IMG/VR virus record: IMGVR_UViG_3300042465_006498
From: an uncultured virus (IMG/VR IMGVR_UViG_3300042465_006498)
Taxonomy: Duplodnaviria > Heunggongvirae > Uroviricota > Caudoviricetes
Length of the DNA stretch: 64,000 bases
Reading direction: 5' to 3' (one strand)
Part shown: in pieces, positions 37,813-47,897 of the stretch
How the letters are laid out: each line of letters opens with the position of its first letter
How positions within the stretch are numbered: the first letter of the stretch is position 1
Made by a program: the position numbers and the translations under genes
The notes under the pieces: model-generated
What the model was told of the DNA's origin: nothing
What the model saw: only the letters and a program-made list of their open reading frames with translations
The model's database searches: none

Positions 37813-39235
37813 TGTACAACGACTGTTCCTGGAGATGATACTTCAGGATGCAGAAAGTTATGTTCGTGTGCAGAACATCTACAATCCAGAAAACTTTGAT
37901 CGTAGCGTAAGACCTGCGGCTGAATTTATCAAGTCACACAGTGCGGATCACGGCACCTTGCCCACTGCTGCGCAAATTGCTGCAACCACAGGAATCAAAC
38001 TACAGCATCTAGATGAATTCAATGAAGGACATCATGCCTGGTTCATGGAGGAGTTTGAAAACTTTACCAAGCGACAGGAACTGGAACGTGCTATCTTGAA
38101 AGCAGCAGACCTGTTGGAAAAAGGCGACTATGATCCTGTGGAAAAACTGATCAAGGATGCTGTGCAGATCAGTCTGACCAAGGACATGGGCACAGATTAC
38201 TTTGCAGATCCCAGTGCTCGTATCAACCGGTACTTCAACGCTGGAGGGCAAGTTTCAACAGGTTGGCCACAAATGGATCGACTGCTGTATGGCGGATTCA
38301 GTCGTGGAGAACTGAACATCTTTGCCGGAGGGTCTGGCTCGGGAAAAAGTCTTGTGATGATGAACATTGCCTTGAACTGGTTGCAACAAGGCCTAAGTGG
38401 TGTGTACATTACACTGGAACTTTCGGAAGAACTAACCAGTTTGCGCAGTGATGCAATGCTGACCAGCATGAGCACCAAGGAGATTCGCAAGGACATTGAG
38501 ACCACAGCGCTCAAGGTCAAAATGATTCAAAAGAAGTCTGGACAGTATCGTGTGAAAGGTTTGCCAGCACAAAGCAATGTGAATGACATTCGTGCTTACT
38601 TGAAAGAAGTACAAATACAAACAGGTATCCGTGTAGACTTTGTGATGGTGGATTATCTTGACTTGGTCATGCCTGTGAGTGCCAAGGTCAGTCCCAACGA
38701 TCTCTTTGTGAAAGACAAGTATGTGAGTGAAGAACTGCGTAACCTGGCCAAGGAACTGGGCATTTTGTTGGTAACAGCCAGTCAGTTGAACAGATCAGCA
38801 GTGGAAGAAATGGAATTTGATCACAGTCATATTTCTGGTGGCATCAGCAAAATCAACACAGCAGACAATGTGTTTGGTATCTTTACCAGTCGCTCCATGA
38901 AAGAGCGCGGCAAGTATCAAATACAGTGCATGAAATCTCGAAGCTCGACCGGCGTTGGTCAAAAAATTGATCTGGAGTACAACATTGAAACCATGCGCAT
39001 TACTGATGAAGGCGGAGACGAAAACGGCTACAACAAACCGCAAAGTTCAATCATGGATAGTATCAAGGCCAAGAGCCAGGTTGCTGCAAGCTCCGATTCG
39101 GCCTGGGCGGCACCTGCAGGCGGCACACATGTCTGGGACAAGCCCATGGTCAAGCAGGGAGATGTTGCTAAGGTCAGTGGTGACGTTCAAAGCGCCAAAC
39201 TAAAACAGTTGCTGGGACAGATCAAGGCGTCATGA
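37790..39235 (+). CDS. Replicative helicase (DnaB/gp41-like)
   Basis: GGSGSGKS, ITLELSE, VDYLDL, ASQLNR, KSR. Confidence 0.9.
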   Translation: MLKDYGTDVQRLFLEMILQDAESYVRVQNIYNPENFDRSVRPAAEFIKSHSADHGTLPTAAQIAATTGIKLQHLDEFNEGHHAWFMEEFENFTKRQELERAILKAADLLEKGDYDPVEKLIKDAVQISLTKDMGTDYFADPSARINRYFNAGGQVSTGWPQMDRLLYGGFSRGELNIFAGGSGSGKSLVMMNIALNWLQQGLSGVYITLELSEELTSLRSDAMLTSMSTKEIRKDIETTALKVKMIQKKSGQYRVKGLPAQSNVNDIRAYLKEVQIQTGIRVDFVMVDYLDLVMPVSAKVSPNDLFVKDKYVSEELRNLAKELGILLVTASQLNRSAVEEMEFDHSHISGGISKINTADNVFGIFTSRSMKERGKYQIQCMKSRSSTGVGQKIDLEYNIETMRITDEGGDENGYNKPQSSIMDSIKAKSQVAASSDSAWAAPAGGTHVWDKPMVKQGDVAKVSGDVQSAKLKQLLGQIKAS

Positions 39236-39236
39236 T

Positions 39237-40325
39237 ATGATAAATCAATTTTGTAGATACTTATCCAATGGGTATTCGTTTCAAATTGGCAGAAACAATG
39301 AGGTTGGTGTTAACCCTTGTTGTCTTTACCAGCGTAAAGGGATATTGCTAGGTACGGATTTGTTGAAGGACAGACAGGAAAGATTAAACACAATAACAGA
39401 CTGGACTCCTGAATGTAACCGTTGCCGCGTATTAGAACAAGCTGGACAACAAAGTCTTAGACAAAGTGGCGTTGATTGGATTGACAACGATGAAACATCC
39501 CTTGATCCGGTCAGTATAGACATACATCTTGACAACGAGTGTAATGCAGCGTGTGTGATTTGCAAGAAAGAATCCAGCTCTTTGTGGCTCAAGGAAACTC
39601 AAAAACTCAACAATCAACCGGTAAAATTTCACAGTGATAAAACAATTGTTGATCAGTACATTGCCAAAATTGTAAAAGCTGTGTCCTTGGACAAAATTAA
39701 ATATATCAAATTTTTTGGCGGCGAACCACTATTTACAGACACACATCTTAGATTTTTAGAACATATTTCAAATCCTGGCCAGGTCACCTTGCACTACACA
39801 ACAAATGGGTCAATATATCCCAATGATGAAACCCTGGCAATGTGGCGCAACTTTAAAACAGTGATCTTTGCAGCCAGCATAGACGGAATAGAACAACAGT
39901 TTGATTATGTGCGTTGGCCTCTGCCCTGGAACAAAGTCAGTGACAATCTGTTGCGTATCAAACACAATCCAGACATTCGGAACGTGATGTTTAGAATTGA
40001 ATTCACAGTTAATTTTCTTAATGCCTATTATTTTGACCGCGTAGAAACATGGATCTCAGAAAATTTGGCCACAAACTACGGCGGTGGTAAAACAGAAATA
40101 AATGTTCATCCCTGTCATGGAATATGGGACCTAAACAAAATGTCTCCAGGTATTAGACATTTGATTTTGACAAAATACCCTAGCACTCACGTGATACACA
40201 AAATGATTAGCAATTTGCCGCAGACGTTGACCTTGCATGAATGGCGAGATTTTGTTGCCACCTGGGATTCAAGGCGTAACAACAGCTGGAAAACAGCATT
40301 TCCGGACCTGGTAGATTTGATTTAA
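39237..40325 (+). CDS. Radical SAM protein with N-terminal SPASM/Twitch-like domain
   Basis: FCRY...PCC...CNRC, then CNAACVIC, GGEPL, YTTNG, SIDG. Confidence 0.85.
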   Translation: MINQFCRYLSNGYSFQIGRNNEVGVNPCCLYQRKGILLGTDLLKDRQERLNTITDWTPECNRCRVLEQAGQQSLRQSGVDWIDNDETSLDPVSIDIHLDNECNAACVICKKESSSLWLKETQKLNNQPVKFHSDKTIVDQYIAKIVKAVSLDKIKYIKFFGGEPLFTDTHLRFLEHISNPGQVTLHYTTNGSIYPNDETLAMWRNFKTVIFAASIDGIEQQFDYVRWPLPWNKVSDNLLRIKHNPDIRNVMFRIEFTVNFLNAYYFDRVETWISENLATNYGGGKTEINVHPCHGIWDLNKMSPGIRHLILTKYPSTHVIHKMISNLPQTLTLHEWRDFVATWDSRRNNSWKTAFPDLVDLI

Positions 40326-40341
40326 AACGCCGAACTTGAGT

Positions 40342-41265
40342 TTACGCCACAGCGCCTTTGACCACAGCATAGCGTAGCACCAGTGCTTCAGCAAGACCAC
40401 CAGCGGTGTTGTTTCTGACATAGATGGTGGCACTACCGGCTGCACATGCGGCATCAAGAGTGTACGACCCAATGGTTCCACCAGACACATGATTAATAAC
40501 CAACAAGTCAGTGGCAGCAATTGTGCTATTGGTCAATACAAAACTCACTATGGTAGCAGCGGCCAAGTTGGTGTTTTGCATAGTAATTTGACCACTGGGT
40601 TTGTTTAGTGTAACACCGGTGGCTTTGTTAGTGGCCTGAGTCACAGTGCCACCACCTCCAGCAACATACCCAAATGGGTTGGTATACGCAGTGAGAGCAC
40701 GATTCAGATCAAATATGGTTATCACAGTTCCAGAATCAACCGTGGAGAATTCAAATTGATAAGTTCCAGTCGCTGCAAAAGTAATCACGTTTGCAGAGTA
40801 CCCTTGAATGCCTGTGGTGCCTAGACTGACCGCAGCGGGCAAGGTCAAGGTGTATGCTGTGTTGGTAATGGCAATGCTCAGTCTGATTATGCCGGCTGAC
40901 CCGGATGGGGGAAAGTTTGTAAAACTCAGACTCACAGACCCTGATGTGGTAATAGATTGAAACTGACCAGCAGCATAATCGATTGCAATTGCACCGGCTG
41001 TTGCAGTGAGTGCAACATACGTGTAACTCACGTCGTTTAATTTAACGGCGTAAATCAAGTTGTCTGACATGTTGTTGTCCAGAGTAGTACCAGCCAGGGC
41101 CTGTTTTAGCACCGACTTGTTTTGTAAGTCAGTAATTTCCTGGGCAGCATACTGAAAATTGGTTGCAGTTTCTGTAAAGTTTGATCTAAAGCCCTGTGTG
41201 TTGTTGGGCACACCGGGTACTGGATAATTACCGTCGATGTTGTTGGGGTTGATTTGGCTGGTCAT
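40342..41265 (-). CDS. Virion/tail fibre-like structural protein
   Basis: Thr/Gly/Ala-rich beta protein; N-terminal YPVPG..N.TQGFR.NF; GAGGA RBS and TAAATA upstream. Confidence 0.6.
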   Translation of the reverse strand: MTSQINPNNIDGNYPVPGVPNNTQGFRSNFTETATNFQYAAQEITDLQNKSVLKQALAGTTLDNNMSDNLIYAVKLNDVSYTYVALTATAGAIAIDYAAGQFQSITTSGSVSLSFTNFPPSGSAGIIRLSIAITNTAYTLTLPAAVSLGTTGIQGYSANVITFAATGTYQFEFSTVDSGTVITIFDLNRALTAYTNPFGYVAGGGGTVTQATNKATGVTLNKPSGQITMQNTNLAAATIVSFVLTNSTIAATDLLVINHVSGGTIGSYTLDAACAAGSATIYVRNNTAGGLAEALVLRYAVVKGAVA

Positions 41266-41334
41266 TGATTGTGTCCTCGTTGTAGATATTTATTCCCAAA
41301 GGGTCTGCGCTAAATAATACAAAGGTCCGCCGAA

Positions 41335-41583
41335 ATGCAAAAAAAGACACGCAGTATACTAGAAGAACTGGACACGTTGTATGTAGAACGTGATCGCCGT
41401 TTGTTGATTGAAAATCGTGCCAGCAACTTGATTGATTCTGCCATACGATTACTGGAGCAGATTGAATTGGAGTATTCAACTGAGCAAGCGGACAATCTCA
41501 CTAGAAAACTACTGAATGCCATTCGCACTCGAGATTCTGGTAAATTTTCAAGATCTGTCAGGAGAACACATGCAGATTCATGA
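41335..41583 (+). CDS. Small hypothetical protein, probably head-related
   Basis: 82 aa after TAAATA 41311-41316. Confidence 0.7.
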   Translation: MQKKTRSILEELDTLYVERDRRLLIENRASNLIDSAIRLLEQIELEYSTEQADNLTRKLLNAIRTRDSGKFSRSVRRTHADS

Positions 41584-42628
41584 AATTACCCTGCGACTGA
41601 ATGAAAACGCTCTAGGAGCATTTGGGGCAGGATTTGCACAAGGTGCTGGTATCAGTGTGCCTGACACAGGCGATGCAGGAGGTACTGTGACCTCTGCGTA
41701 TGGAGATGCCAGACAAAAAGCAGCGGCCCAGCAAGCTCGTCCACTAATTGCTCAAGCAGCCAAACAAGAAATGCAGGCCTGGAACGTGGCCATTGCTGAC
41801 ATGCTCAAAAAAGAAAAAGTGCTAGACCGCAAGGAATTATCTCCGGCATCCAGGAGTGAACTTGCGAGAGATCTTGATGTTAGATTACACAAGGTGTTGA
41901 TGAAGGGATCTGTTGGCACTGATTACACACAAGGGTTGCCTGCCAACGTGGATGAATTGTCCCAGCCCAAAGCAAAAGTCTTGGTTGATCGCTTGACCGC
42001 GGCCAAGCAAGACATTTTGAATTTTGATCAGCCAACCACAGCACAGCAACGACTGGCACAATGGCAAGCTCTGAGTCAAACTGCCTATGACGCTATGTCT
42101 TTGACACAATTTTACCCGGACAAACGTCGCATGATGTCTGGAACCATGCCCAAGATAGTGGCAAATCCTGGCGGCGGCTACAACATTGGATCTTATAAAT
42201 TAACAGGCGACCGTGTGGACCAGTTGATTATTCAAAAAATACAAGCAGAACTGAAGACAAATCCCAAGGCAGACCCTCAACTGATTCAACTGAAAGCAAA
42301 TAGAGACGGATCAATCAACATTGGTGCACAGCGGCTGGACCCTAGAAATACTGATGAAGCCATGGCAATTGAAAGAATAGAATCTGCAATGGGCAGCTCT
42401 GCACCTGCTGCACCTGCTGCACCTGCTGCACCTGCTGCACCTGCTGCACCTGCTGCACCTGCTGCCGCTGCTGCCGCTGCTCCTGCTGCCGCTGCCGGCG
42501 CAACACCAACTTCTAACCCAGCATCATTCAATGCTCAAAACATAATGAACTTGCGGCCAACACCTGGATCTGTAACACCGGGTAAACAACTAACAAGAAC
42601 AGCGACCGCAGAAAGCAAACGCAGATGA
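41570..42628 (+). CDS. Hypothetical protein with N-terminal MQIHEI tag and Ala-Pro repeat
   Basis: AGGAG RBS before ATG 41570. Confidence 0.7.
   Translation: MQIHEITLRLNENALGAFGAGFAQGAGISVPDTGDAGGTVTSAYGDARQKAAAQQARPLIAQAAKQEMQAWNVAIADMLKKEKVLDRKELSPASRSELARDLDVRLHKVLMKGSVGTDYTQGLPANVDELSQPKAKVLVDRLTAAKQDILNFDQPTTAQQRLAQWQALSQTAYDAMSLTQFYPDKRRMMSGTMPKIVANPGGGYNIGSYKLTGDRVDQLIIQKIQAELKTNPKADPQLIQLKANRDGSINIGAQRLDPRNTDEAMAIERIESAMGSSAPAAPAAPAAPAAPAAPAAPAAAAAAAPAAAAGATPTSNPASFNAQNIMNLRPTPGSVTPGKQLTRTATAESKRR
42401..42463 (+). repeat. Perfect tandem repeat (GCACCTGCT)x7
   Basis: 63 bp encoding (APA)7, followed by degenerate Ala codons. Confidence 0.95.
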
Positions 42629-44532
42629 AACTACTAGAAGGCGGCAACGTATTCAAGGACGCTGCCGGCAATCCGGCCACCCAGCGTATCAATCAAGCAG
42701 ATGTGCCTGCTACCATTCGTTGGTTAGAAGGTGTACTGGGCATGCAGTTTCCACAGGATCGTTGGCTAGGCTCCACAGGCCGTGCTGCCACCTCAGGTGA
42801 TCTTGATCTAGCAGTGGATCTACAAGACACCACTAAAGATCAAATTGCAGCAGCACTCACACAGTTTGTGCAAAAGAGCGGTCAAGATCCTCGTGAGTGG
42901 GTCAAGAAAGGCGGCGAAGTGCACTTCAAGACTCCCATTGCCGGCAATGCTCGTAATGGCTTTGTGCAAACAGATTTTATGTTTTTTCCTAATGTGGACT
43001 GGGGTACATTTTTCTATGCCGGCGGCACAGACTCGGCCTATAAAGGCATGGTGCGCAACGTGCTAATGTCAAGCCTGGCCAAGCATCTGGGACTTCGAGT
43101 GGGCGCAAATGGCATGTTCAGCCGAACAACCAATCAACTGGTGCGAGATGGTCTTGATCCTGACTATGTGGCCCAGACTTTGCTGGGCGCAGGCCGAGGT
43201 CGTGATGATCTAAAAAATGTAGAAACCATTTATCAAAATCTAGCCCGTGATCCTGAACGTGATGCCAAGCTGAAAGATTTTCGTGAGTATTTGGCTCGAG
43301 AAGAACTTGCAGAACCTGACATGGGCGTGAAAGAAAGTGATGTGAATTTTCTGGCTCGCTTGAGAGATCGCATTGTGAATCAAGGCATGATGCCATTGGT
43401 TGAAGCACCAGACACAGTGCAAATGATTGCTGAAGCTGAAGCAGCCGGAGTAGGTGGCCGAGCCAAAGGAATTGAACACCTGGAAGATCTTGTGTTCCGT
43501 CGTGGCACACAAGGTATTCGGGATGCTCTGACCATTGTGCAACAGGCCATCGAGCAACCCAGCACAGTGACTGCCAAATGGGATGGCAAACCTGCTGTGA
43601 TATTTGGACGCAAGCCCGCTACAGGTGAGTTTGTGCTCACAGACGGATCAGGATTTGAAGCCAAAGGCTACGATGGCCTGGCCACAAGTCCCCAGATGAT
43701 GGCTGACATACAGAGCCGACGTTCAGGCGATCGCACAGAATTGATTCAGTTGTATGCTCAGTTGTTTCCTGTGTTGGAGGCAGCACTGCCCACAGGATTC
43801 CGTGGCTATGTCAAAGGAGACCTGTTGTACATGGACACTCCGCCTGCTGTGTCTGGCAACTATGTATTCCGTCCCAATACTATTGAATACAAAATTCCAG
43901 TTCAAAGTGCCTTGGGGCAGCGCATAGGCAACAGTACCATTGGCATTGCTATCCACAGCATGTACAGTGATCAGGGTGAACCACGTCAGCCCTTGCGTGG
44001 TGTGAGCTTTAATCCTGTGCCCGGACTCATGCTGGAACGTCCGGCAACTCCCAAACAACTTGAAGCTGAACCTGCCTTGGTCAAACAACTAAAAGCTCTG
44101 GTTCGGTCAGAAGGTGCTGCCATCAACACCTTGTTTAATCCTGCGGAACTGCGAGCCAACAAGATTACAGACCTGGCCAAACTGGCTGTGGATTTTATCA
44201 ACACCAAAGTAGGTGCGCCGCTGAATCCTGCTAGCCTGTTGTCTGAATTTGGAGACTGGCTACAGACCCGAGTTACACCGCAAAAGTTCCGTAACATTGT
44301 GGAATACCTACAGAGTCCCACCAGCAATACCAGTGCACTGGCAGCAGCGTTCACAGCATTTATATTGCTGCACGATCTCAAAATGGATCTGCTGCGTCAA
44401 GCAGATGCACAGCATCCTGGCCAAGAAGGCTGGGTAATGGCCACTCCTGCAGGCTATGCCAAGGCAGTGAACCGCTTTGACCCCAATGCTTTTGCTGCTC
44501 AAAATCGAGCACAAAACAATCCCAAATCATGA
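42625..44532 (+). CDS. Two-domain protein: Pol-beta-type nucleotidyltransferase plus KxDG ligase-like domain
   Basis: LGSTG....SGDLDLAV and VQTDFMF in the N-half; HLED...AKWDG.PA, KGDLLY, F.PNT, EGWV in the C-half. Confidence 0.6.
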   Translation: MKLLEGGNVFKDAAGNPATQRINQADVPATIRWLEGVLGMQFPQDRWLGSTGRAATSGDLDLAVDLQDTTKDQIAAALTQFVQKSGQDPREWVKKGGEVHFKTPIAGNARNGFVQTDFMFFPNVDWGTFFYAGGTDSAYKGMVRNVLMSSLAKHLGLRVGANGMFSRTTNQLVRDGLDPDYVAQTLLGAGRGRDDLKNVETIYQNLARDPERDAKLKDFREYLAREELAEPDMGVKESDVNFLARLRDRIVNQGMMPLVEAPDTVQMIAEAEAAGVGGRAKGIEHLEDLVFRRGTQGIRDALTIVQQAIEQPSTVTAKWDGKPAVIFGRKPATGEFVLTDGSGFEAKGYDGLATSPQMMADIQSRRSGDRTELIQLYAQLFPVLEAALPTGFRGYVKGDLLYMDTPPAVSGNYVFRPNTIEYKIPVQSALGQRIGNSTIGIAIHSMYSDQGEPRQPLRGVSFNPVPGLMLERPATPKQLEAEPALVKQLKALVRSEGAAINTLFNPAELRANKITDLAKLAVDFINTKVGAPLNPASLLSEFGDWLQTRVTPQKFRNIVEYLQSPTSNTSALAAAFTAFILLHDLKMDLLRQADAQHPGQEGWVMATPAGYAKAVNRFDPNAFAAQNRAQNNPKS

Positions 44533-44597
44533 TTTTTTTGGATCCGACATAAATAAAAGCAAGGCACACAGCCTATTAACTTAAAGGAAATTTTATC

Positions 44598-45008
44598 ATG
44601 GCACAAATTACTCGCGTAAATGGCGATCTACAACCAGTAGTGGTAATGGATCAACCCGTAGCAGCTTCTTCACCTGGCGCTGGTTTCAGCTCAGGTATCA
44701 ACACTGTGGTCAGCGGTGTAACTGTTAACTCAGCTGGTCCTAAACTGGACTTTGGCACAGTTACTTTCACTGGTAACGCTACTGTCAGCGGCACCTCATT
44801 GGCAATTGCTATCCAGACAATTCAGCAACAAGCTACTATTGCTATGTATGAGTTCACCACAGTCTCTTCAAACTCAGCAACATTGGCCATTGCTTCGTTC
44901 CCAACTGGTGCGTGGGACTTCGCCAACGGTGGAGACCTAGACGTAGCTCTTACAGCAGCCATTGGTTACGCTGTGACCACAGCAGCCACTGCAACCTTCA
45001 CAAACTAA
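44598..45008 (+). CDS. Probable abundant virion protein
   Basis: Own TAAATA (44550), AAGGA RBS and terminator; biased codons; Ala/Thr-rich 136 aa. Confidence 0.6.
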   Translation: MAQITRVNGDLQPVVVMDQPVAASSPGAGFSSGINTVVSGVTVNSAGPKLDFGTVTFTGNATVSGTSLAIAIQTIQQQATIAMYEFTTVSSNSATLAIASFPTGAWDFANGGDLDVALTAAIGYAVTTAATATFTN

Positions 45009-45027
45009 TTTAACTCTAGTTTGAACC

Positions 45028-45060
45028 ACCCCGGACTTAAAAAATCCGGGGTTTCTTTTT
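45028..45060 (+). terminator. Rho-independent terminator
   Basis: ACCCCGGA-N9-TCCGGGGT followed by TTCTTTTT. Confidence 0.85.
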
Positions 45061-45079
45061 GGCATTAAATAACTGCAGA

Positions 45080-45511
45080 ATGAAAATACAATGCCGAACC
45101 CTATTTGACTGCACCCGAACTGGGGTAACCGGTGCGTTTCGTTCCAGCGAAATACCCTACCAAGACCGTGCAGGACAACCAGTGCACAATCATGAAAACT
45201 GGCATCGCAGTCGTAATCAGCAACGCAACTACGAAACACTCTTACAGATATTTGGGCTGCGAACACAACCACAAGAAATAACTCAACCTGCTAGAATTGA
45301 TGGCATGTGGCAGTTTAGTTTTGTGAGCGAAAGCGAAGGCGTGTTTGACATGCACAACAATCCTGATCCTCTAGCAGGCCTCTTGGTAGACTGTGAAGGT
45401 GTGCCCATGGTTGCCGGGCTGGGCGAACAGCCAGGCATTGCCACAGTGTTGACCACTCAAGGTGACCAGCAGAACATTTGGTTTACTAGCATAAATACCA
45501 CATTGGAGTAA
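45080..45511 (+). CDS. Hypothetical protein
   Basis: TLFDCT.TG...RNQQRN...Q...LR.QP; ATG 8 nt after TAAATA. Confidence 0.7.
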   Translation: MKIQCRTLFDCTRTGVTGAFRSSEIPYQDRAGQPVHNHENWHRSRNQQRNYETLLQIFGLRTQPQEITQPARIDGMWQFSFVSESEGVFDMHNNPDPLAGLLVDCEGVPMVAGLGEQPGIATVLTTQGDQQNIWFTSINTTLE

Positions 45512-45514
45512 CCT

Positions 45515-45778
45515 ATGGCAGAAACCACTGATCTGGAGAGAAAAAGTCTGGAGGCACATGTAGACTTGTGTGCTCAACGCTATCGCTTTCTTGAGCAAAA
45601 ACTAGACGCATTTGAGGAAAAAATTCATGGACTCAACACAGTGATCCGCGAAGTTCATGACATGGTTCAAATCATGAGTGAAAAACGCAATGATCAGCTG
45701 ATCAATTGGGGCCTGGGCATCATGGGAACAATGTTGGCTGTGATTGCATATCTTGTGACAACATTTGTAATGCCATGA
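45515..45778 (+). CDS. Small coiled-coil protein with C-terminal transmembrane helix
   Basis: 87 aa; WGLGIMGTMLAVIAYLV; GGAG RBS. Confidence 0.7.
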   Translation: MAETTDLERKSLEAHVDLCAQRYRFLEQKLDAFEEKIHGLNTVIREVHDMVQIMSEKRNDQLINWGLGIMGTMLAVIAYLVTTFVMP

Positions 45779-46242
45779 AACAAGAACAAGAACAAAAACT
45801 CGAACGCTGGGCCAAACGCGAAATTTCACGCAATCTTGAACACATGATTGTGGATGATCAATCAGGCTCCTATGTGGCGTTTGGACACTATTACCTGGAA
45901 CCACAAGCCGCAGGTTACAGCGTTAGAACCTGGGACCGACACATTTACACCTTTGCCAACAAACGCACCGCTATCAGCTGGTGTGTGGCCGACAAATATC
46001 ATCAATACAATCTAGCCAACAACATACAAATGTTGGACAGCAAACACCAACAGCTTGCAGCAGACATACACTGTCGCTTGAGTCAAGCCACTAGAAGTCG
46101 CCATCAGGACTTCTACGAAACAGTAAATACCAAGATTCAGCCCAAAAAAACCGTGCTGGACAGTGTTCACTCCGAATTAGAAAAATGTATTAATTCGGCT
46201 AAATATCTACAACTTAGAGGATTCTCAAATGAAACTGCATGA
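45775..46242 (+). CDS. Hypothetical protein
   Basis: ATGA overlap at 45775. Confidence 0.7.
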   Translation: MKQEQEQKLERWAKREISRNLEHMIVDDQSGSYVAFGHYYLEPQAAGYSVRTWDRHIYTFANKRTAISWCVADKYHQYNLANNIQMLDSKHQQLAADIHCRLSQATRSRHQDFYETVNTKIQPKKTVLDSVHSELEKCINSAKYLQLRGFSNETA

Positions 46243-47089
46243 ACTAGCCGCACCACGGGCCACCCAACAAATCAGCCAGGTATTCGAAAGCTACTTTGGT
46301 TCCAAACTCAGCTTTGACCAGTTGAACCGTCGTCAAGCCAGTCACATGTTGAATCGTGTGCGTGGCATCCTGGGCGAGCACCGTTCTACATCAGCTTGTC
46401 ACACCAGCGAACAAAATCCCGACTATCTCAAACTGGTCATGATGGAACAAGCTCTCACAGCACACCTTGGTGAAATGACTGCTCCTGCAGCAATCACTAA
46501 CCCTGCTGTCAAACCAGGAGCTCCTGTTGATCCCAAACTCAAAATGGCACAGGACAAGATCAAGAAGGGTCAATCTCTAAGCCCCGATGAACAAAAAATG
46601 GTCAATGATCAGGCTGCTGCTGTGGCTGAGAGTCGTCTACGCCGTGCCCACCGTTATCTCAAAGAAAGCGAAGTACAACAAGCTCAAGTGGTGCTGGCTG
46701 CTCAAGACATGGTAGACAAAATGCAAGGCATGTTGGAAGATGTAAGTGAATTACAGTTCAAAGAATTGCCAGCCCTGGTTGATTCAATCAAGAATCAAGT
46801 GGGCGTTGATCAAGCCACGCAATTTAACTCAGACACTACTGCTGCTCTCACAGCATTGATGCAGACCTTGCAAGGTACTAAACAACAACTGGATGCTGCC
46901 TTGGGCGTGGTAACTGGACAAACCGCACCTGTTGCTGAAATCCCGGGTATGGATGCTGGAGCTGATCTAGCAGCTGATGCTGCAGCCGGTGTGGGCGACG
47001 AAGTGGATGACCTTGATGCCATGGCCGCTGATGATTTAGATGCAGATGTTGCCACACCTGCTGCATCACTGGGCCGAGCCCGCAGATAA
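46229..47089 (+). CDS. Probable prohead core/scaffold-like protein
   Basis: Helical with acidic tail; MKLHEL N-terminus; VAES and LKES sites; TAAATA upstream. Confidence 0.5.
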   Translation: MKLHELAAPRATQQISQVFESYFGSKLSFDQLNRRQASHMLNRVRGILGEHRSTSACHTSEQNPDYLKLVMMEQALTAHLGEMTAPAAITNPAVKPGAPVDPKLKMAQDKIKKGQSLSPDEQKMVNDQAAAVAESRLRRAHRYLKESEVQQAQVVLAAQDMVDKMQGMLEDVSELQFKELPALVDSIKNQVGVDQATQFNSDTTAALTALMQTLQGTKQQLDAALGVVTGQTAPVAEIPGMDAGADLAADAAAGVGDEVDDLDAMAADDLDADVATPAASLGRARR

Positions 47090-47451
47090 TGAGAATTGAT
47101 GAAGTAGCCAACACAACTGGATCCACACCCGAGCCTGAAAAACTCATGGGCCTGGTTAGTTTTCTGGCTGGTCGTTCTGCGGACACAGGTGCTCAAAAAC
47201 AAATTGATCAAAAAGCCTTTATTGAATTAGCCCGCAGCCTGGGCATTACCATTGCCCCAAACCAACTGGCCGATATTGTGGGACAACCTCCTCTCAGCAA
47301 TGTGCTAGAACCATTGGCACCAGACTCCCAGGATCCAATTGTGTTCAAAGGTGGCGAAGCACCTACTCCACCCAAAATGCCAGTCAACCAGGCTCAGAAC
47401 ATTGTGGCTGCCGCTGCCAAATCAGCAATGAATAAAGATCGCGGCGTTTAA
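47089..47451 (+). CDS. Hypothetical protein with MRIDEV N-terminus
   Basis: 120 aa; TAATG overlap. Confidence 0.7.
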   Translation: MRIDEVANTTGSTPEPEKLMGLVSFLAGRSADTGAQKQIDQKAFIELARSLGITIAPNQLADIVGQPPLSNVLEPLAPDSQDPIVFKGGEAPTPPKMPVNQAQNIVAAAAKSAMNKDRGV

Positions 47452-47463
47452 CACCAAACTGCA

Positions 47464-47492
47464 TTGACATTTGTCGTTAAATACCTTATAAT
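47464..47492 (+). promoter_or_regulatory. Perfect sigma70 consensus promoter for iscU-iscA
   Basis: TTGACA-17-TATAAT; TAAATA nested in the spacer; AAGGA RBS. Confidence 0.85.
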
Positions 47493-47510
47493 TAAACTAA
47501 GGAAAATTTT

Positions 47511-47897
47511 ATGGCATATTCAGAAAAAGTTGTAGACCACTACGAGAACCCACGCAATGTGGGTAGTTTCTCCAAAGAAGACACAGATGTGGGCACTGGT
47601 ATGGTTGGAGCGCCGGCGTGCGGTGATGTGATGAAGCTGCAAATTAAAGTTACTGACGGAGTAATCACAGATGCAAGATTTAAAACATACGGTTGCGGCA
47701 GCGCGATTGCGTCAAGTTCGCTTGTTACTGAATGGGTCAAAGGACGTACCCTTGAGCAGGCGGAAGCGATCAAAAATAGCGAAATTGCTACTGAGCTTGC
47801 CCTTCCCCCTGTTAAAATTCATTGTTCAATACTTGCAGAAGATGCCATCAAAGCGGCGGTAGCTGACTACAGGATCAAACATGATCTTGTTCACTGA
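47511..47897 (+). CDS. iscU: Fe-S cluster scaffold IscU
   Basis: YSEKVVDHYENPRNVG, GAPACGDVM, FKTYGCGSAIASSS, LPPVKIHC. Confidence 0.97.
   Translation: MAYSEKVVDHYENPRNVGSFSKEDTDVGTGMVGAPACGDVMKLQIKVTDGVITDARFKTYGCGSAIASSSLVTEWVKGRTLEQAEAIKNSEIATELALPPVKIHCSILAEDAIKAAVADYRIKHDLVH

Noticed and set aside
45515..45778. Holin
   Set aside because: One TM helix but no adjacent endolysin; insufficient evidence.
47464..47476. IscR box over the iscU promoter
   Set aside because: Only a 4-bp GACA/TGTC dyad with spacing unlike IscR sites.
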